DNA from: Chlorobiota bacterium
GTDB taxonomy: Bacteria > Bacteroidota > Ignavibacteria > Kapaibacteriales > NICIL-2
Assembly: GCA_026416585.1 (NCBI GenBank)
Contig: JAOAEV010000008.1
Span: 65,527 to 129,526, forward strand
Direction: 5' to 3'
Length of the DNA: 64,000 nt
In this document: one piece after another, positions 39,633-50,381 of the stretch
How the letters are laid out: each line of letters starts with the position of its first letter
How positions within the stretch are numbered: the stretch's first letter is position 1
Made by a program: the position numbers and the translations under genes
Notes under the pieces: generated by a model
Database searches by the model: none
What the model saw: the letters and a program-made list of their open reading frames with translations, nothing else
What the model was told of the DNA's origin: nothing

Positions 39633-40970
39633 TTAGCGTTTTGTATCAGTGCCGATCATCGTCGGAAGATTACGGAGCTTGACTTTTCCAGTCGTGACGG
39701 CACGCATAAGCTTTTGCATTTCGTCGAATTGTTTGATCAAGCGATTGACGTCCTGAATACTCGTGCCACTGCCACGTGCGATGCGTAGCCGACGCGAACC
39801 ATTCATAATTCGAGGATTGCGCCGCTCTTGTGGCGTCATCGAGAGAATCATTGCCTCGATTTTTGTGAAGGCACGGTCGTCGAGCTCAACATTCCGCAGC
39901 GTTTTATCCATGCCCGGAAGCATGCCAAGTAGCTCGCGGATCGAACCCATACGACGGATCATACGCAACTGGTCGAGAAAGTCCTCGAAGTTGAACTCAC
40001 GCTTGCGAATTTTTTCTTCGAGTTCTGCTGCTTTTGCTTCGTCGAATTCTTGCTGGGCACGCTCAACAAACGAGACGATGTCGCCCATCCCAAGAATCCG
40101 CGATGCGATGCGGTCGGGATGGAACACCTCGAGTGCATCAAGCTTTTCACCAGTACTGACAAACTTGATTGGCTTACCGACAACGTACCGCAGCGACAGT
40201 GCAGCACCTCCACGTGCATCGCCGTCGAGTTTACTGAGTACGACACCGGTTAAGCCAACACGCTCATCGAATGTGCGTGCTGTGTTGACGGCATCTTGCC
40301 CTGTCATTGCATCGCACACAAAGAGCACTTCATGTGGGGAGATTGTGCGACGTATCGCAGCAACCTCTTCCATCATCGGTTCATCAATAGCAAGCCGCCC
40401 CGCCGTGTCAACGATGATGTGCGTTCGCGCGAACTTGCGCGCATACTGCAGCGACTCGCGCGCGATGTTGACGGGATCGGCACCATCCATCGAGAACACA
40501 GGGACATTCACCGTCGCTGCTAACGTCTTCAATTGCTCGATAGCAGCCGGACGATAGACATCGGCAGCAACAAGCAGTGGTTGCTGTCCTTTTTTCCGTA
40601 GTATTGCTGCCAGTTTTGCCGCAAAGGTCGTCTTTCCTGACCCCTGCAAGCCGACGACCATTACAATCGTGGGAGGCTGTGCTGAATGTGTAAGATCAGC
40701 TTTGGTGTTGCCCATGATTGCAACCAGCTCATCGTAGATGATTTTGACGATGAGTTGGTCGGGAAGAATTTTACCCTTGACTTCCGTCCCAATTGCTTTC
40801 GCCTTGACATCCTCGATAAACCGCCGAACAACATCTACATGCACGTCAGCATCGAGCAATGCCCGGCGCACTTCGGCAAGTGCATCAGCGATATTATCCT
40901 CGGTGATGCGTGCCTGCCCACGAAGCTTCTTAATAGCTTCTTCCAGACGTGATTGGAGACTTTCGAACAT
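39633..40970 (-). CDS. ffh: signal recognition particle protein Ffh
   Basis: 445 aa. N domain, SRP GTPase (GLQGSGKTT, DTAGR), and Met-rich M domain. Confidence 0.95.
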   Translation of the reverse strand: MFESLQSRLEEAIKKLRGQARITEDNIADALAEVRRALLDADVHVDVVRRFIEDVKAKAIGTEVKGKILPDQLIVKIIYDELVAIMGNTKADLTHSAQPPTIVMVVGLQGSGKTTFAAKLAAILRKKGQQPLLVAADVYRPAAIEQLKTLAATVNVPVFSMDGADPVNIARESLQYARKFARTHIIVDTAGRLAIDEPMMEEVAAIRRTISPHEVLFVCDAMTGQDAVNTARTFDERVGLTGVVLSKLDGDARGGAALSLRYVVGKPIKFVSTGEKLDALEVFHPDRIASRILGMGDIVSFVERAQQEFDEAKAAELEEKIRKREFNFEDFLDQLRMIRRMGSIRELLGMLPGMDKTLRNVELDDRAFTKIEAMILSMTPQERRNPRIMNGSRRLRIARGSGTSIQDVNRLIKQFDEMQKLMRAVTTGKVKLRNLPTMIGTDTKR

Positions 40971-41190
40971 CGAGTGTCTGTTGGTGACTGGTCAGCAAGG
41001 CTGCAAAAATACGGGATACTACATTCGGCTACGTCTACGGTACTAATTGGATGCCTGTCTATACAGCCGAGAATGCGTTCATTTGCTTTTTCTTCAAATG
41101 TGCACCTGCGCTCAGATTTCCGTGCAACCAGCCGGCTCAAATAACGTATTGTGCATGCGAGCGTGAACGCTCCAACCGTGTGTACACTTT

Positions 41191-41394
41191 TTGGAAAAAG
41201 CGATAATGCGCCATCGTGCACTGATCGGGTCTGCCCTCATTTGCATCGGTGCCGGACTTCTCGGTCAACGGAGCATCAGGCTTTTACCCTTTGACAACTC
41301 TATTCGAATTGCGGTGCAGAGCCTCTCGAATGTTGCAATCGGGATTGCAGGGATTGTTCTCGACACCATCTGGCGCAACAAACGTACGCTATGA
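41191..41394 (+). CDS. possible small membrane protein (67 aa)
   Basis: A lone ORF inside the 472-bp ffh/yitT intergenic region with two hydrophobic segments. It may be non-coding. Confidence 0.2.
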   Translation: MEKAIMRHRALIGSALICIGAGLLGQRSIRLLPFDNSIRIAVQSLSNVAIGIAGIVLDTIWRNKRTL

Positions 41395-41442
41395 TACCGG
41401 CTATTGTACCTTTGCACAGACGTGCATATGCCCCACTTTACA

Positions 41443-42313
41443 TATGAGAGGGCAACGCCTTACAACAGCGGTATATGAAACAATCCTGCTTTTTGCTGGT
41501 GTTGTATCGGCAACAATCGGGCTTCGTGGCTTTTTGCTACCGGTAGGCTTTCTCGACGGAGGCGTAACGGGAACATCGCTCTTGCTCGCAATATTGACCC
41601 ATGTTCCGCTCTCGGTCTGGCTGGTTCTCATCAATGCACCGTTCATCGCTGTAGCGTACCGCAGTCAGGGTGCACAATTCGCATTGAGAACACTTGCTAC
41701 AATCGTGCTGCTGGCTGTATCGGTAGCGATCTTCCCCCTCGAGGTCGTCACTCGAGATAAGTTTCTCGATGCCATCTTCGGTGGAATTTTTCTGGGTGCA
41801 GGTATCGGGTTGGCTATCCGCGGCGGTGCTGTACTCGACGGCACAGAGATACTTGCCATCATGATTAGCCGCCATACAATCCTGAGTATCGGCGACGTAA
41901 TCTTGATTTTCAACGTTATTCTGTTCAGTATTGCTGCATTTGTGCTCTCGATCGAGGTTGCCCTCTATGCGGTGATCACATATACAGTGGCATCAAAAAC
42001 GGTTGACTTCATCGTTGACGGCATCGAAGAGTATATCGCCGTCATTATCGTCTCCGACCGAAGCGATGATATTCGTCGTGCAATCATTACACAGCTCGGC
42101 AGTGGCTGCACAATTTTCGATGGCAAACGTGGATTCGCTCTCGAACAAGGGCAAATGCGCCAAGCCACAATCCTATTCAGTGTTATCACACGACTCGAAG
42201 TGACGCGCTTTCTTGCCACAGTACGCAGTATAGATACCGACGCATTTGTTGTCATGATGAGTGCAAAAGATCTTCGCGGAGGGTGGGTCAAAAAACGCCC
42301 CCTACAACACTGA
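41443..42313 (+). CDS. YitT-family membrane protein (DUF161 plus C-terminal DUF2179)
   Basis: Start at MRGQRLTTAVYE. Several TM helices, then a soluble C-terminal domain, matching the YitT/YqfU architecture. Confidence 0.7.
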
Positions 42314-42379
42314 ACCTTTCTCGACCGCACTTCAACGGTATCTTCGCAACATGTCTCACGTTGATGGACACTCCATATT

Positions 42380-43528
42380 ATGTCTTTGGGTTTTGCGACA
42401 AAGGCAATACACGTTGGACAAGAACCTGATGCACTCACGGGCAGTGTCACTGTGCCGCTGTACCAAACGTCAACATTTGCCCAGGAAGCAATAGGTAAAC
42501 ATAAAGGCTACGAGTACGCTCGCACTCAAAATCCAACACGGACAGCATGGGAACGCAACATTGCTGCGCTCGAGGAAGGCACCGACGCGGCTGCCTTTTC
42601 CAGCGGTATGGCTGCAATTGATACTGTTGCCCGTTTATTCAACGCCGGAGACCATATCGTGCTTGCAGAGGACATGTATGGTGGCACGTTCCGGCTGTTT
42701 GATACCGTTCTTTCGCGGCACGGACTTCAGTTCGATACCGTTGACATGTGCGACTTCGATGCGGTCCGCCGCTCCATCCGCTCAAATACGAAATTGCTTT
42801 TTACCGAAACACCCACAAATCCGCTGATGAATATCAGCGACATCACCACACTCGCCGAGATCGCACACGCAGCAGGTGTTCTGCTTGCAGTTGACAATAC
42901 ATTCGCCTCGCCGTACTTTCAACGACCGCTGACGCTAGGCGCTGATATCGTCGTGCACTCGGCAACAAAATACCTCGGGGGCCATTCGGACTTGGTTCAC
43001 GGAGTAGTCGTTGTGCGTTCGTCAGAACTTGCCGAGCGGTTGTACTTTATCCAAAACACCGTCGGTGCAGTGCCAGGACCATTCGAATGTTGGCTACTGC
43101 TTCGGTCGGTAAAAACTCTGGCGCTGCGAATGGAACAGCACCAACGCAATGCCCTTGCTATCGCTGAGCTTTGCAGCACTCATCCGGCAGTCGAGCTTGT
43201 GTATTATCCAGGTTTGCCGACCCACCCACAGCATCAATTGGCAGCACAGCAGATGAGTGGTTTTTCCGGCATGGTCTCGATCGATCTTGGCTCGCGGCAC
43301 CGTGCTGATCGGTTCATTGCTGCACTGCGCTTGATCACGCTCGCCGAATCGCTCGGTGGCGTGGAATCACTCGTCTGCCACCCAGCAACAATGACCCATG
43401 CGAGCATTCCCGAGCCGATACGACTTCAACGCGGCATCACCGATGGACTTGTTCGGCTCAGCATTGGCATCGAAGACACCACTGACCTACTTGAGGATGT
43501 ACTGCATGCACTCGACAGTTGCCGATAA
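42380..43528 (+). CDS. PLP-dependent cystathionine gamma-synthase/beta-lyase family enzyme (Cys/Met metabolism)
   Basis: 382 aa with the PLP-lysine region (HSATKYLGGHSD) and conserved trans-sulfuration family motifs. Confidence 0.88.
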   Translation: MSLGFATKAIHVGQEPDALTGSVTVPLYQTSTFAQEAIGKHKGYEYARTQNPTRTAWERNIAALEEGTDAAAFSSGMAAIDTVARLFNAGDHIVLAEDMYGGTFRLFDTVLSRHGLQFDTVDMCDFDAVRRSIRSNTKLLFTETPTNPLMNISDITTLAEIAHAAGVLLAVDNTFASPYFQRPLTLGADIVVHSATKYLGGHSDLVHGVVVVRSSELAERLYFIQNTVGAVPGPFECWLLLRSVKTLALRMEQHQRNALAIAELCSTHPAVELVYYPGLPTHPQHQLAAQQMSGFSGMVSIDLGSRHRADRFIAALRLITLAESLGGVESLVCHPATMTHASIPEPIRLQRGITDGLVRLSIGIEDTTDLLEDVLHALDSCR

Positions 43529-44204
43529 CATACCTCGGCTGCTGGCACTCGAAACAAGCGGTGCTGCATGCAGTATCGCGCTATTAGCTGGTGAGCAGCT
43601 TCTTGCCGAATATGCTCTTGAAGAGCCAAACGTCCACGACCGTATGCTGGCAGTATCAGTCGAGCGTATTCTGGATGATACACACACACAGCCGGAGATG
43701 CTCGATGCACTTGCTGTATCCGCCGGACCAGGCTCCTTCACGGGACTACGGATCGGACTGGCGTTTGCCAAAGGATTCTGCTTCGGTACTGCTACACAGC
43801 TGATCATGGTTCCCACCCTCGAGGCATGCGCATCATCTGCAGTTCCAATCGCCAAGCATATTCCCGAGTGTGACATCGCCGCAATTGTTCATGCACACGA
43901 CGACCTATACTTTGCTCAGCACTTTGCTTGTGATGGCACACCTTTGACTGAACCTGCCGTTTTAGAACACAACATTATTGAGCAACGCATAACGATGCAG
44001 ACGATCGTCTGTGGTTCTGGGGCTCGTGAGTTTCGTCATGGTATTCACATTCCCGGACTGGCACGACTGACCGCACGGTTTGTCGCACGCCGTGCACTCG
44101 CGTTGTTGGCGGCTGCGGAAATCTCCGACCCAGCCAATGCAGCACCTCTTTACGTTGAAGAGTTCGCACCGAAACGACGTCTCACCGCCCAGAGTGTGGA
44201 TTGA
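43506..44204 (+). CDS. tsaB: tRNA threonylcarbamoyladenosine biosynthesis protein TsaB (YeaZ)
   Basis: Start at MHSTVADNIPRLLALETSGAACSIAL. TsaB N-terminal ASKHA fold motifs and GPGSFTGLRIG. Confidence 0.8.
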   Translation: MHSTVADNIPRLLALETSGAACSIALLAGEQLLAEYALEEPNVHDRMLAVSVERILDDTHTQPEMLDALAVSAGPGSFTGLRIGLAFAKGFCFGTATQLIMVPTLEACASSAVPIAKHIPECDIAAIVHAHDDLYFAQHFACDGTPLTEPAVLEHNIIEQRITMQTIVCGSGAREFRHGIHIPGLARLTARFVARRALALLAAAEISDPANAAPLYVEEFAPKRRLTAQSVD

Positions 44205-44265
44205 CACTCGCGGTATCTTCGCATACCCTGTAATCGAACACGACTGAACTCACTGCATTCTGCCG

Positions 44266-45564
44266 ATGATCGAACGGTACACACGCCCGCAGATGGGCAG
44301 TATCTGGAGCGACGAAAACAAGTACAGCATCTGGCTCGAGATTGAACTGCTTGCAGTCGAGGCACACGTCAAACTCGGTATCGTGCCGCAAAGCGATTAT
44401 GACGAACTCCGTGCAAAGGCTCGATTCTCTGTCGAACGCATTGCCGAAATCGAGCGCACAACCAAACATGACGTCATTGCATTTTTGACCAACCTTGCTG
44501 AAAACGTTGCTTCTCCTGCCTCTCGATGGTTGCATTTAGGCATGACCAGCAGCGATGTACTCGACACATGTTTAGCCGTCCAGCTTAAACAAGCTGGGGA
44601 ATTACTCTTGGACAATCTTGACAAGCTCCGCTCAGCACTGGCGCAAAAAGCAGTGGAACATCGCTCGACGATCTGCGTCGGTCGCACACATGGTATACAT
44701 GCCGAACCGATGGTCTTTGGCTTGAAGTTTCTGCTCTATCATGAAGAATGTATCCGCAATATCGAGCGCATGCGTCGGTCCGTTGAGACGGTTGCTGTGG
44801 GCAAACTCAGCGGTGCAATTGGCACATTTGAGCATCTCGACCCACGAGTGGAAGAATATGTCTGCTCAAAACTTGGGCTGCAACCCGATCGTATCACAAC
44901 GCAAGTAATCCAGCGCGATCGTCATGCCGAGTTCTTGACCACACTGGCTATCATTGCAAGCTCCTTGGAAAAGATTGCTCTCGAGATTCGACACCTCCAG
45001 CGCACAGAGGTTCGTGAGGCCGAAGAGCGATTCACAGTCGGACAGAAAGGCTCCTCTGCAATGCCCCATAAACGTAATCCCATCATCAGCGAACGTATCT
45101 GTGGCTTAGCACGACTGCTGCGCGGCAATGCAATGGCAGCACTTGAGAACAATGCACTCTGGCACGAACGCGATATTTCGCACAGCAGCGTTGAACGCGT
45201 GATCTGCCCTGATTCGACAATCGCGCTCGACTACATGCTCGCACTGACAACTGAGCTTGTCGAAACGCTTGTTGTCTATCCGAACCACATGCTCGAAACT
45301 ATCGAGCGCTCGCATGGCGTTGTGTACTCACAGACGGTACTACTCGAACTAGTCCGCAAAGGCATGACGCGCGAGGACGCATATGCAATTGTTCAAGCTG
45401 CAGCGATGCGGTCATGGGATACAGGACAGCATTTGCGTATGACACTGGCGGACAACCCAACCGTCCGTCACATGATGACCGATGACGAACTGGATGCTAT
45501 CTTTCGGGGCGAGCGATCATTTGCCAACATTCCGTACATCTACCGACGATGTGGACTCACCTAA
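44266..45564 (+). CDS. purB: adenylosuccinate lyase
   Basis: 432 aa with the fumarate-lyase signature (GSSAMPHKRNP) and a PurB-specific C-terminal domain. Confidence 0.95.
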   Translation: MIERYTRPQMGSIWSDENKYSIWLEIELLAVEAHVKLGIVPQSDYDELRAKARFSVERIAEIERTTKHDVIAFLTNLAENVASPASRWLHLGMTSSDVLDTCLAVQLKQAGELLLDNLDKLRSALAQKAVEHRSTICVGRTHGIHAEPMVFGLKFLLYHEECIRNIERMRRSVETVAVGKLSGAIGTFEHLDPRVEEYVCSKLGLQPDRITTQVIQRDRHAEFLTTLAIIASSLEKIALEIRHLQRTEVREAEERFTVGQKGSSAMPHKRNPIISERICGLARLLRGNAMAALENNALWHERDISHSSVERVICPDSTIALDYMLALTTELVETLVVYPNHMLETIERSHGVVYSQTVLLELVRKGMTREDAYAIVQAAAMRSWDTGQHLRMTLADNPTVRHMMTDDELDAIFRGERSFANIPYIYRRCGLT

Positions 45565-46778
45565 GTATTTGGCTCTTTGCACTTGCACTCGTATCAGCAA
45601 CTGCACAAGAGAACGAACTACCGAAAATCACGCGCAAATGGCGCGTACCGGGTGAGGTCAATGCTCATCAACCAGTGGTTGCACCGGTTCTATCACCCGA
45701 TGGGAGTGTCTTGTACTTTTCGCGCAAGTACTATCCCGGTAACATCGGTGGGTCGAGTGATCCTGATGATATTTGGCTAGCCCATCGCACGAGCGATTCG
45801 ACATGGGGCACACCACAACGACTCGACGTCCTCAACACACCCAATAGCGATGTGCTGTTCGGCTTTGCTGCCGACGGAAAAACCGCACTTGTCCAGCGAG
45901 GCAGCGGTGGCGGGGAAACTGAGCAGTTTGTACTCGCACGCGAAATCAACGGCAGATGGTCATTCGAGCCAATCACGATCGAAGGTTACACCAATCACTC
46001 CAGCTACTACTATGCGTTTATGACGCCTGACATGCGGACTCTGGTTTTATCGCTCGAGGGTCCCGACACTCGCGGCGGACTTGACCTCTACGTTTCACAC
46101 CGCATCGGTGAATCGCTCCATTGGTCCACACCACAGAATCTTGGCTCGACGGTGAACTCATCTGGCATGGAGTCGTCGCCATTCTTAGCACGAGACGGAC
46201 GTACACTGTACTACGCATCGAGCGGCTTTGCCTCCAACGGCAAGTATGACATCTACATGACACGCCGTCTCGACGATTCGTGGCAACAGTGGTCCGAACC
46301 TGTTCGACTTCCGCCACCGATCAACACCGATGAGATGGACCTGTGCTGGTGGCTGTTCCCCACTGGCGATACCGCCGTATATGTCTCCACCGACAACGGC
46401 ACACGACGCATGGGGATATACCTCGCGATACTGGAAAAGCAATATCAACCGTTGCCGATACGCTCGTGGCAAGTCCGCTTCGATTTCAACAGTGCAGTAC
46501 TTTCCCCACAACCAATTCCCGATAGCATCGTTGCTCTGCTTCGCACGGCACGGAACATTCGTCTTGCGGGGCACACCGACTCTATCGGAGCCGATCAGTA
46601 CAACCAACGTTTATCTCAAGCACGGGCACGTGCAGTACGCAATTGGCTGGTCGAACGTGGGCTTTCACCTCAGCGGATCACCGTTGCTGCCTACGGTCGT
46701 CATCGCCCGATTGCACCGAACAGCACCGATGCTGGGCGTATGCTCAATCGCCGTGTTGAAATTGAGTGGGAAGACTAA
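45549..46778 (+). CDS. OmpA-family protein with N-terminal TolB/PD40-like beta-propeller region
   Basis: Signal peptide, PD40-like repeats (LYFSRK, DLYVSHR, LYYASSG, DIYMTRR), and a C-terminal OmpA peptidoglycan-binding domain (GHTDSIGADQYNQRLSQARA...NRRVEIEW). Confidence 0.8.
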   Translation: MWTHLSIWLFALALVSATAQENELPKITRKWRVPGEVNAHQPVVAPVLSPDGSVLYFSRKYYPGNIGGSSDPDDIWLAHRTSDSTWGTPQRLDVLNTPNSDVLFGFAADGKTALVQRGSGGGETEQFVLAREINGRWSFEPITIEGYTNHSSYYYAFMTPDMRTLVLSLEGPDTRGGLDLYVSHRIGESLHWSTPQNLGSTVNSSGMESSPFLARDGRTLYYASSGFASNGKYDIYMTRRLDDSWQQWSEPVRLPPPINTDEMDLCWWLFPTGDTAVYVSTDNGTRRMGIYLAILEKQYQPLPIRSWQVRFDFNSAVLSPQPIPDSIVALLRTARNIRLAGHTDSIGADQYNQRLSQARARAVRNWLVERGLSPQRITVAAYGRHRPIAPNSTDAGRMLNRRVEIEWED

Positions 46779-48417
46779 CCGGATGCATCGCACTGAAAGG
46801 CGATTGATACGCACTGGCCGTCATGATTGGTTGCGAAAGTTCTGTTGGTGGTGATTGCCCCATCGCGTGATAGGCTTGAACGACGTGATAGCGAAACAAT
46901 TCATCGAAGACGTGCTGAAATGCACTGCGATGTTCGTCACCGAACCACCAAAACCAATCACTTCCTTCCGCGGTGAGCAGGTGACGGTATGCCAGTGCGT
47001 ATGCACTCGGATCGAGGAACCTTGCATGAGTATCCAGGAGAGTGCGAGCCTCACGTAATATCTCCCATGCTCGCCGATCATCAGGATGGCCAATCCAAAT
47101 TCGGAAACTCCCACCAATCCATGACCCTGCGACAATATGATCGAGAGTTGTCGTGGAGTGATCGGCAAGCGCTTGTTGGGCAACATCGCTGAAAGTGACC
47201 GTTTCGAACTCTTCGCTTTTGCTCAGCATGTCGTAGAGCGCACGGAGGAATGGCTCACCGTTGCGTTCGTAGTACTCCCAGCAGTTTTCTCCATCGAGGA
47301 TTACTGGGACAACTGCCGTCCGAAGGAAATCACGCCCGTGTTGTTGTATCAACGTTGTGCGGATACGGCGTAAGCGCTCTACAAAATCGGCAACCGCATC
47401 ACGCGCGTTCCACGTGCTGTACACGAAACCGATTGCGTCGCTCAATTCCGAATTGCGGAAGAGCACAGCAATTCGACGACCATTTCGCTTCCACACGAAT
47501 GGGCGGTAACATTGGTCTGACTCTCTGTCGCCAAGAGTACGCCGAAGAATTGCACAATCACTCGCTGTCCACTCGATACCACATTCGGCAAGAACATCGA
47601 GTGCATCATCGCTTATGCCGCCTTCGCTCAGCCACATTCCCCGTGGCGTAATTCTAAAGTATCGTTGCATTGCATCGAGCGCACGGCGCGTATGCTCGAC
47701 GGCATCACAGCGCCAAGAGAATGGCGGTTCAAGCGGCTCGATGTCCGAGTCGGATTGTTTTATTGCATCGCTCGAACAGACCAGCGGTAAAATTGGGTGA
47801 TAATACGGCGATGTCGCTAGTTCTGCACTCCCGCCACGTACCAGATTGCGTAACCGTTGGAATACCGCTACCAATAAGCACCGCTCGAGCGCAACAAGAC
47901 GCTCGCGATCATCGGAAGTAAAATCCCGTCCGCGTGCAAGCATGTTTTCCACCGACTGAATGCGTCGCGCTGTCTCGCCGAGCCATGTCAACCGCATCCA
48001 CACTTGCAAATCGCGCCATTCGGATTGCCCCCACGTTTTGTGCTTGTCATTAGCAGCATCATCACGTAGTTGCCGGTACCGAACATATGGATTGATCATG
48101 CGCTCGGCATTGCCTACAAATGCCCAACGCAGTAATCGCAGACGTTCATCATCGCCTGCTGTTGCTCTATCCATCGCAGAGAGAACGCCGCACTCATCCT
48201 CAATTCGACCATTACAGTAGTCATCAAGTTGTTCAGCAAGAATTGGCGTGACATTATACGTTAGCCGCAAGGTTGGGAAATCGCGGTGAATTGCAGGTAG
48301 CTCGGCATAATCCTTTGTTGCATGCAGACGAACCCATGGGAGGACGGCTTGGTTCCCAACACGATAATCAGGCTGGTGGAAGTGCCACAAAATTGCGACG
48401 CGCAGGCGGTGGTTCAT
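46744..48417 (-). CDS. glycoside hydrolase family 57 protein (alpha-amylase/branching-enzyme-like)
   Basis: 557 aa with the GH57 N-terminal signature (ILWHFHQPDYR) and conserved catalytic-region motifs. Confidence 0.75.
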   Translation of the reverse strand: MNHRLRVAILWHFHQPDYRVGNQAVLPWVRLHATKDYAELPAIHRDFPTLRLTYNVTPILAEQLDDYCNGRIEDECGVLSAMDRATAGDDERLRLLRWAFVGNAERMINPYVRYRQLRDDAANDKHKTWGQSEWRDLQVWMRLTWLGETARRIQSVENMLARGRDFTSDDRERLVALERCLLVAVFQRLRNLVRGGSAELATSPYYHPILPLVCSSDAIKQSDSDIEPLEPPFSWRCDAVEHTRRALDAMQRYFRITPRGMWLSEGGISDDALDVLAECGIEWTASDCAILRRTLGDRESDQCYRPFVWKRNGRRIAVLFRNSELSDAIGFVYSTWNARDAVADFVERLRRIRTTLIQQHGRDFLRTAVVPVILDGENCWEYYERNGEPFLRALYDMLSKSEEFETVTFSDVAQQALADHSTTTLDHIVAGSWIGGSFRIWIGHPDDRRAWEILREARTLLDTHARFLDPSAYALAYRHLLTAEGSDWFWWFGDEHRSAFQHVFDELFRYHVVQAYHAMGQSPPTELSQPIMTASAYQSPFSAMHPVSLPTQFQHGD

Positions 48418-50381
48418 TATCGTGTAACAGCAAGTGGCGTAACATAGAGCCGCCCACGAATGCGAGCACGTACATAGTACGTACCCGACGCCAATTGCTC
48501 TGTTGAAAATACCGAAATCTGCGATGGTGGGATGGTCGCCACCACGGCACCATGCACATCGTAAATGCGGATCGATTCGTCAGGCACCAGAGCCAGCACA
48601 ATCCAAACTGTGCTGGTGGCTGGGATCGGCCGAATATTGATTGCATCCTCATTATCGGTCAGCTCGACATTACTCACCATCGGCACCGATGCCAACGACA
48701 CAAGAGAACGCACCGAACGCCCAATATTCAGCGCGATCGACGTGAATGCACCGAGCGAATCGAACTCAATGGTCATCTCCTTTGCGGTGTTTATGACTGT
48801 GCGATGATTAGTATCGCTGCGCCCAATAAAACTCAACTCGAGCGGCAACGTGGTGTATACACCGAGAGAGTCCGCCTGAATTTGACGGATATGAACAGTA
48901 GCTTTCCATCCATGCTGGGATGGGGTACGGAGTGCTTCAATCGCCAGCACAGGCCATCCTTTCCCACGAATCCACTCATCGAAGAATCGCCGCACAAAAT
49001 CCTCGCGTCCACTCATTGCAGCAAGTGTGCGCACCAGTGTGTCAATCGTGACGTTGCCATAGCGGAACCGCTCCAATAGATGCCGACACCATACAAAAAA
49101 CACACTATCGCCGATAGCCCATCGGAGCATACCGAGTACTGCTGCACCCTTTTCATAAATCACGTGCGGATAATTCGACGACGGCGGGGTACGGTCAAAA
49201 TCATACATCGGCAGGATGCCTTCAAACATCGGGTTGCCAGGCTTGGCATATTGATTCAAGTAATTACTGATCTTGCGCTGCTGTTCGTTGAGATACGCAG
49301 CAAAGCCACTCAGTTGCTCGCGCCAGAGCGATTCACAGAACGTCGCAAAGCTTTCGTTGAACCACGCGTCCCGGAAATCCAACGGCGTAACGCAATCACC
49401 AAACCATTGATGCGCCAACTCATGCGCGGCGATCAAATTGATCGAGTCTGTCGTGCGAGCCAGTGAAGCTGGATATGAAATCATTGTCTGATGTTCCATT
49501 GCGCCCTTTTGCGTCATCACGTACCCGACCTTCTCGAACGGGTACTTCCCGAACCGAGCCTCGAAGGCACGCACCATCTGTGGGAGTAGCCGAAAGTTTC
49601 GAACAGTTGCAGTTGAATCAGTTCGGCGAGCATACACCACAATTGGTACATCAAGAGCTGAACGATCGTTGATGACACTCACTACAGATGCCGGTAGTGC
49701 CGCAAATGTCAGTAGATACGTCGCCGTTGGAATGTCTGAATGAAAACGATATATCCGCCATCCAAGGCTATCAATTGGGGGCAGCTCTATCCCTCCCGAT
49801 GCAACAACATACGACACCGGCACACGGAAAGCAAGAGAGAAACTGGCTTTGTCCGATGGATGATCGTAGCACGCGAGCCAATGTTGAGTAGCCGATACGT
49901 AATTATTGTAGAACCCTACACCGAGCGCGTACACGATGTTTCCCTCGCGCTGAACACCGCCCCATGAGTAGCCGCTATACGGTGGCTCGCCGGTCATCGT
50001 CCCTCGGTATGTAATGCGCAGCAGGACGGTATCGCCCACGTGGTGCGTCGGTAGTGCTGGTACGGCGTAGTGATATGTTGCATCGGTGGGTGTACCGCGA
50101 GCGAACCATTCGACAGGTATTGCCCTGCCAAACTGCACATACTCGACGCGAACAACCTCTAAACCGCGCAGATGGAAACGCAGCGTATCCGGTGCTCGAC
50201 GCCACCGAACACGCCAGCTACACATGCTTTCTCCAAGAACTGGTAGAGGAAGAGAGTCGAGCGCAATAAAAGCATCGTAGTGAAGCACATCGAACGACTG
50301 CTCGATAAACTGTGTCGGCGACGAAATCTCTTGTGCAAGCGCAAGCGTACCCGCAAAACACGCGATAATGGCAGCTTTCAT
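48417..50381 (-). CDS. pepN: M1-family aminopeptidase N with C-terminal T9SS sorting domain
   Basis: Start at MKAAIIACFAGTLALAQE (signal peptide). HEXXH-(18)-E zinc site (HELAHQWFGD...NESFAT). The C-terminal roughly 80 aa (SGTYYVRARI...) resemble the Por/T9SS C-terminal domain. Confidence 0.8.
   Translation of the reverse strand: MKAAIIACFAGTLALAQEISSPTQFIEQSFDVLHYDAFIALDSLPLPVLGESMCSWRVRWRRAPDTLRFHLRGLEVVRVEYVQFGRAIPVEWFARGTPTDATYHYAVPALPTHHVGDTVLLRITYRGTMTGEPPYSGYSWGGVQREGNIVYALGVGFYNNYVSATQHWLACYDHPSDKASFSLAFRVPVSYVVASGGIELPPIDSLGWRIYRFHSDIPTATYLLTFAALPASVVSVINDRSALDVPIVVYARRTDSTATVRNFRLLPQMVRAFEARFGKYPFEKVGYVMTQKGAMEHQTMISYPASLARTTDSINLIAAHELAHQWFGDCVTPLDFRDAWFNESFATFCESLWREQLSGFAAYLNEQQRKISNYLNQYAKPGNPMFEGILPMYDFDRTPPSSNYPHVIYEKGAAVLGMLRWAIGDSVFFVWCRHLLERFRYGNVTIDTLVRTLAAMSGREDFVRRFFDEWIRGKGWPVLAIEALRTPSQHGWKATVHIRQIQADSLGVYTTLPLELSFIGRSDTNHRTVINTAKEMTIEFDSLGAFTSIALNIGRSVRSLVSLASVPMVSNVELTDNEDAINIRPIPATSTVWIVLALVPDESIRIYDVHGAVVATIPPSQISVFSTEQLASGTYYVRARIRGRLYVTPLAVTR

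Noticed and set aside
42314-42379. Possible SAM or other riboswitch upstream of the metB/metC-like gene
   Set aside because: The leader is only 66 bp, which is too short for a SAM-I/II riboswitch, and it lacks the conserved motifs that I know.
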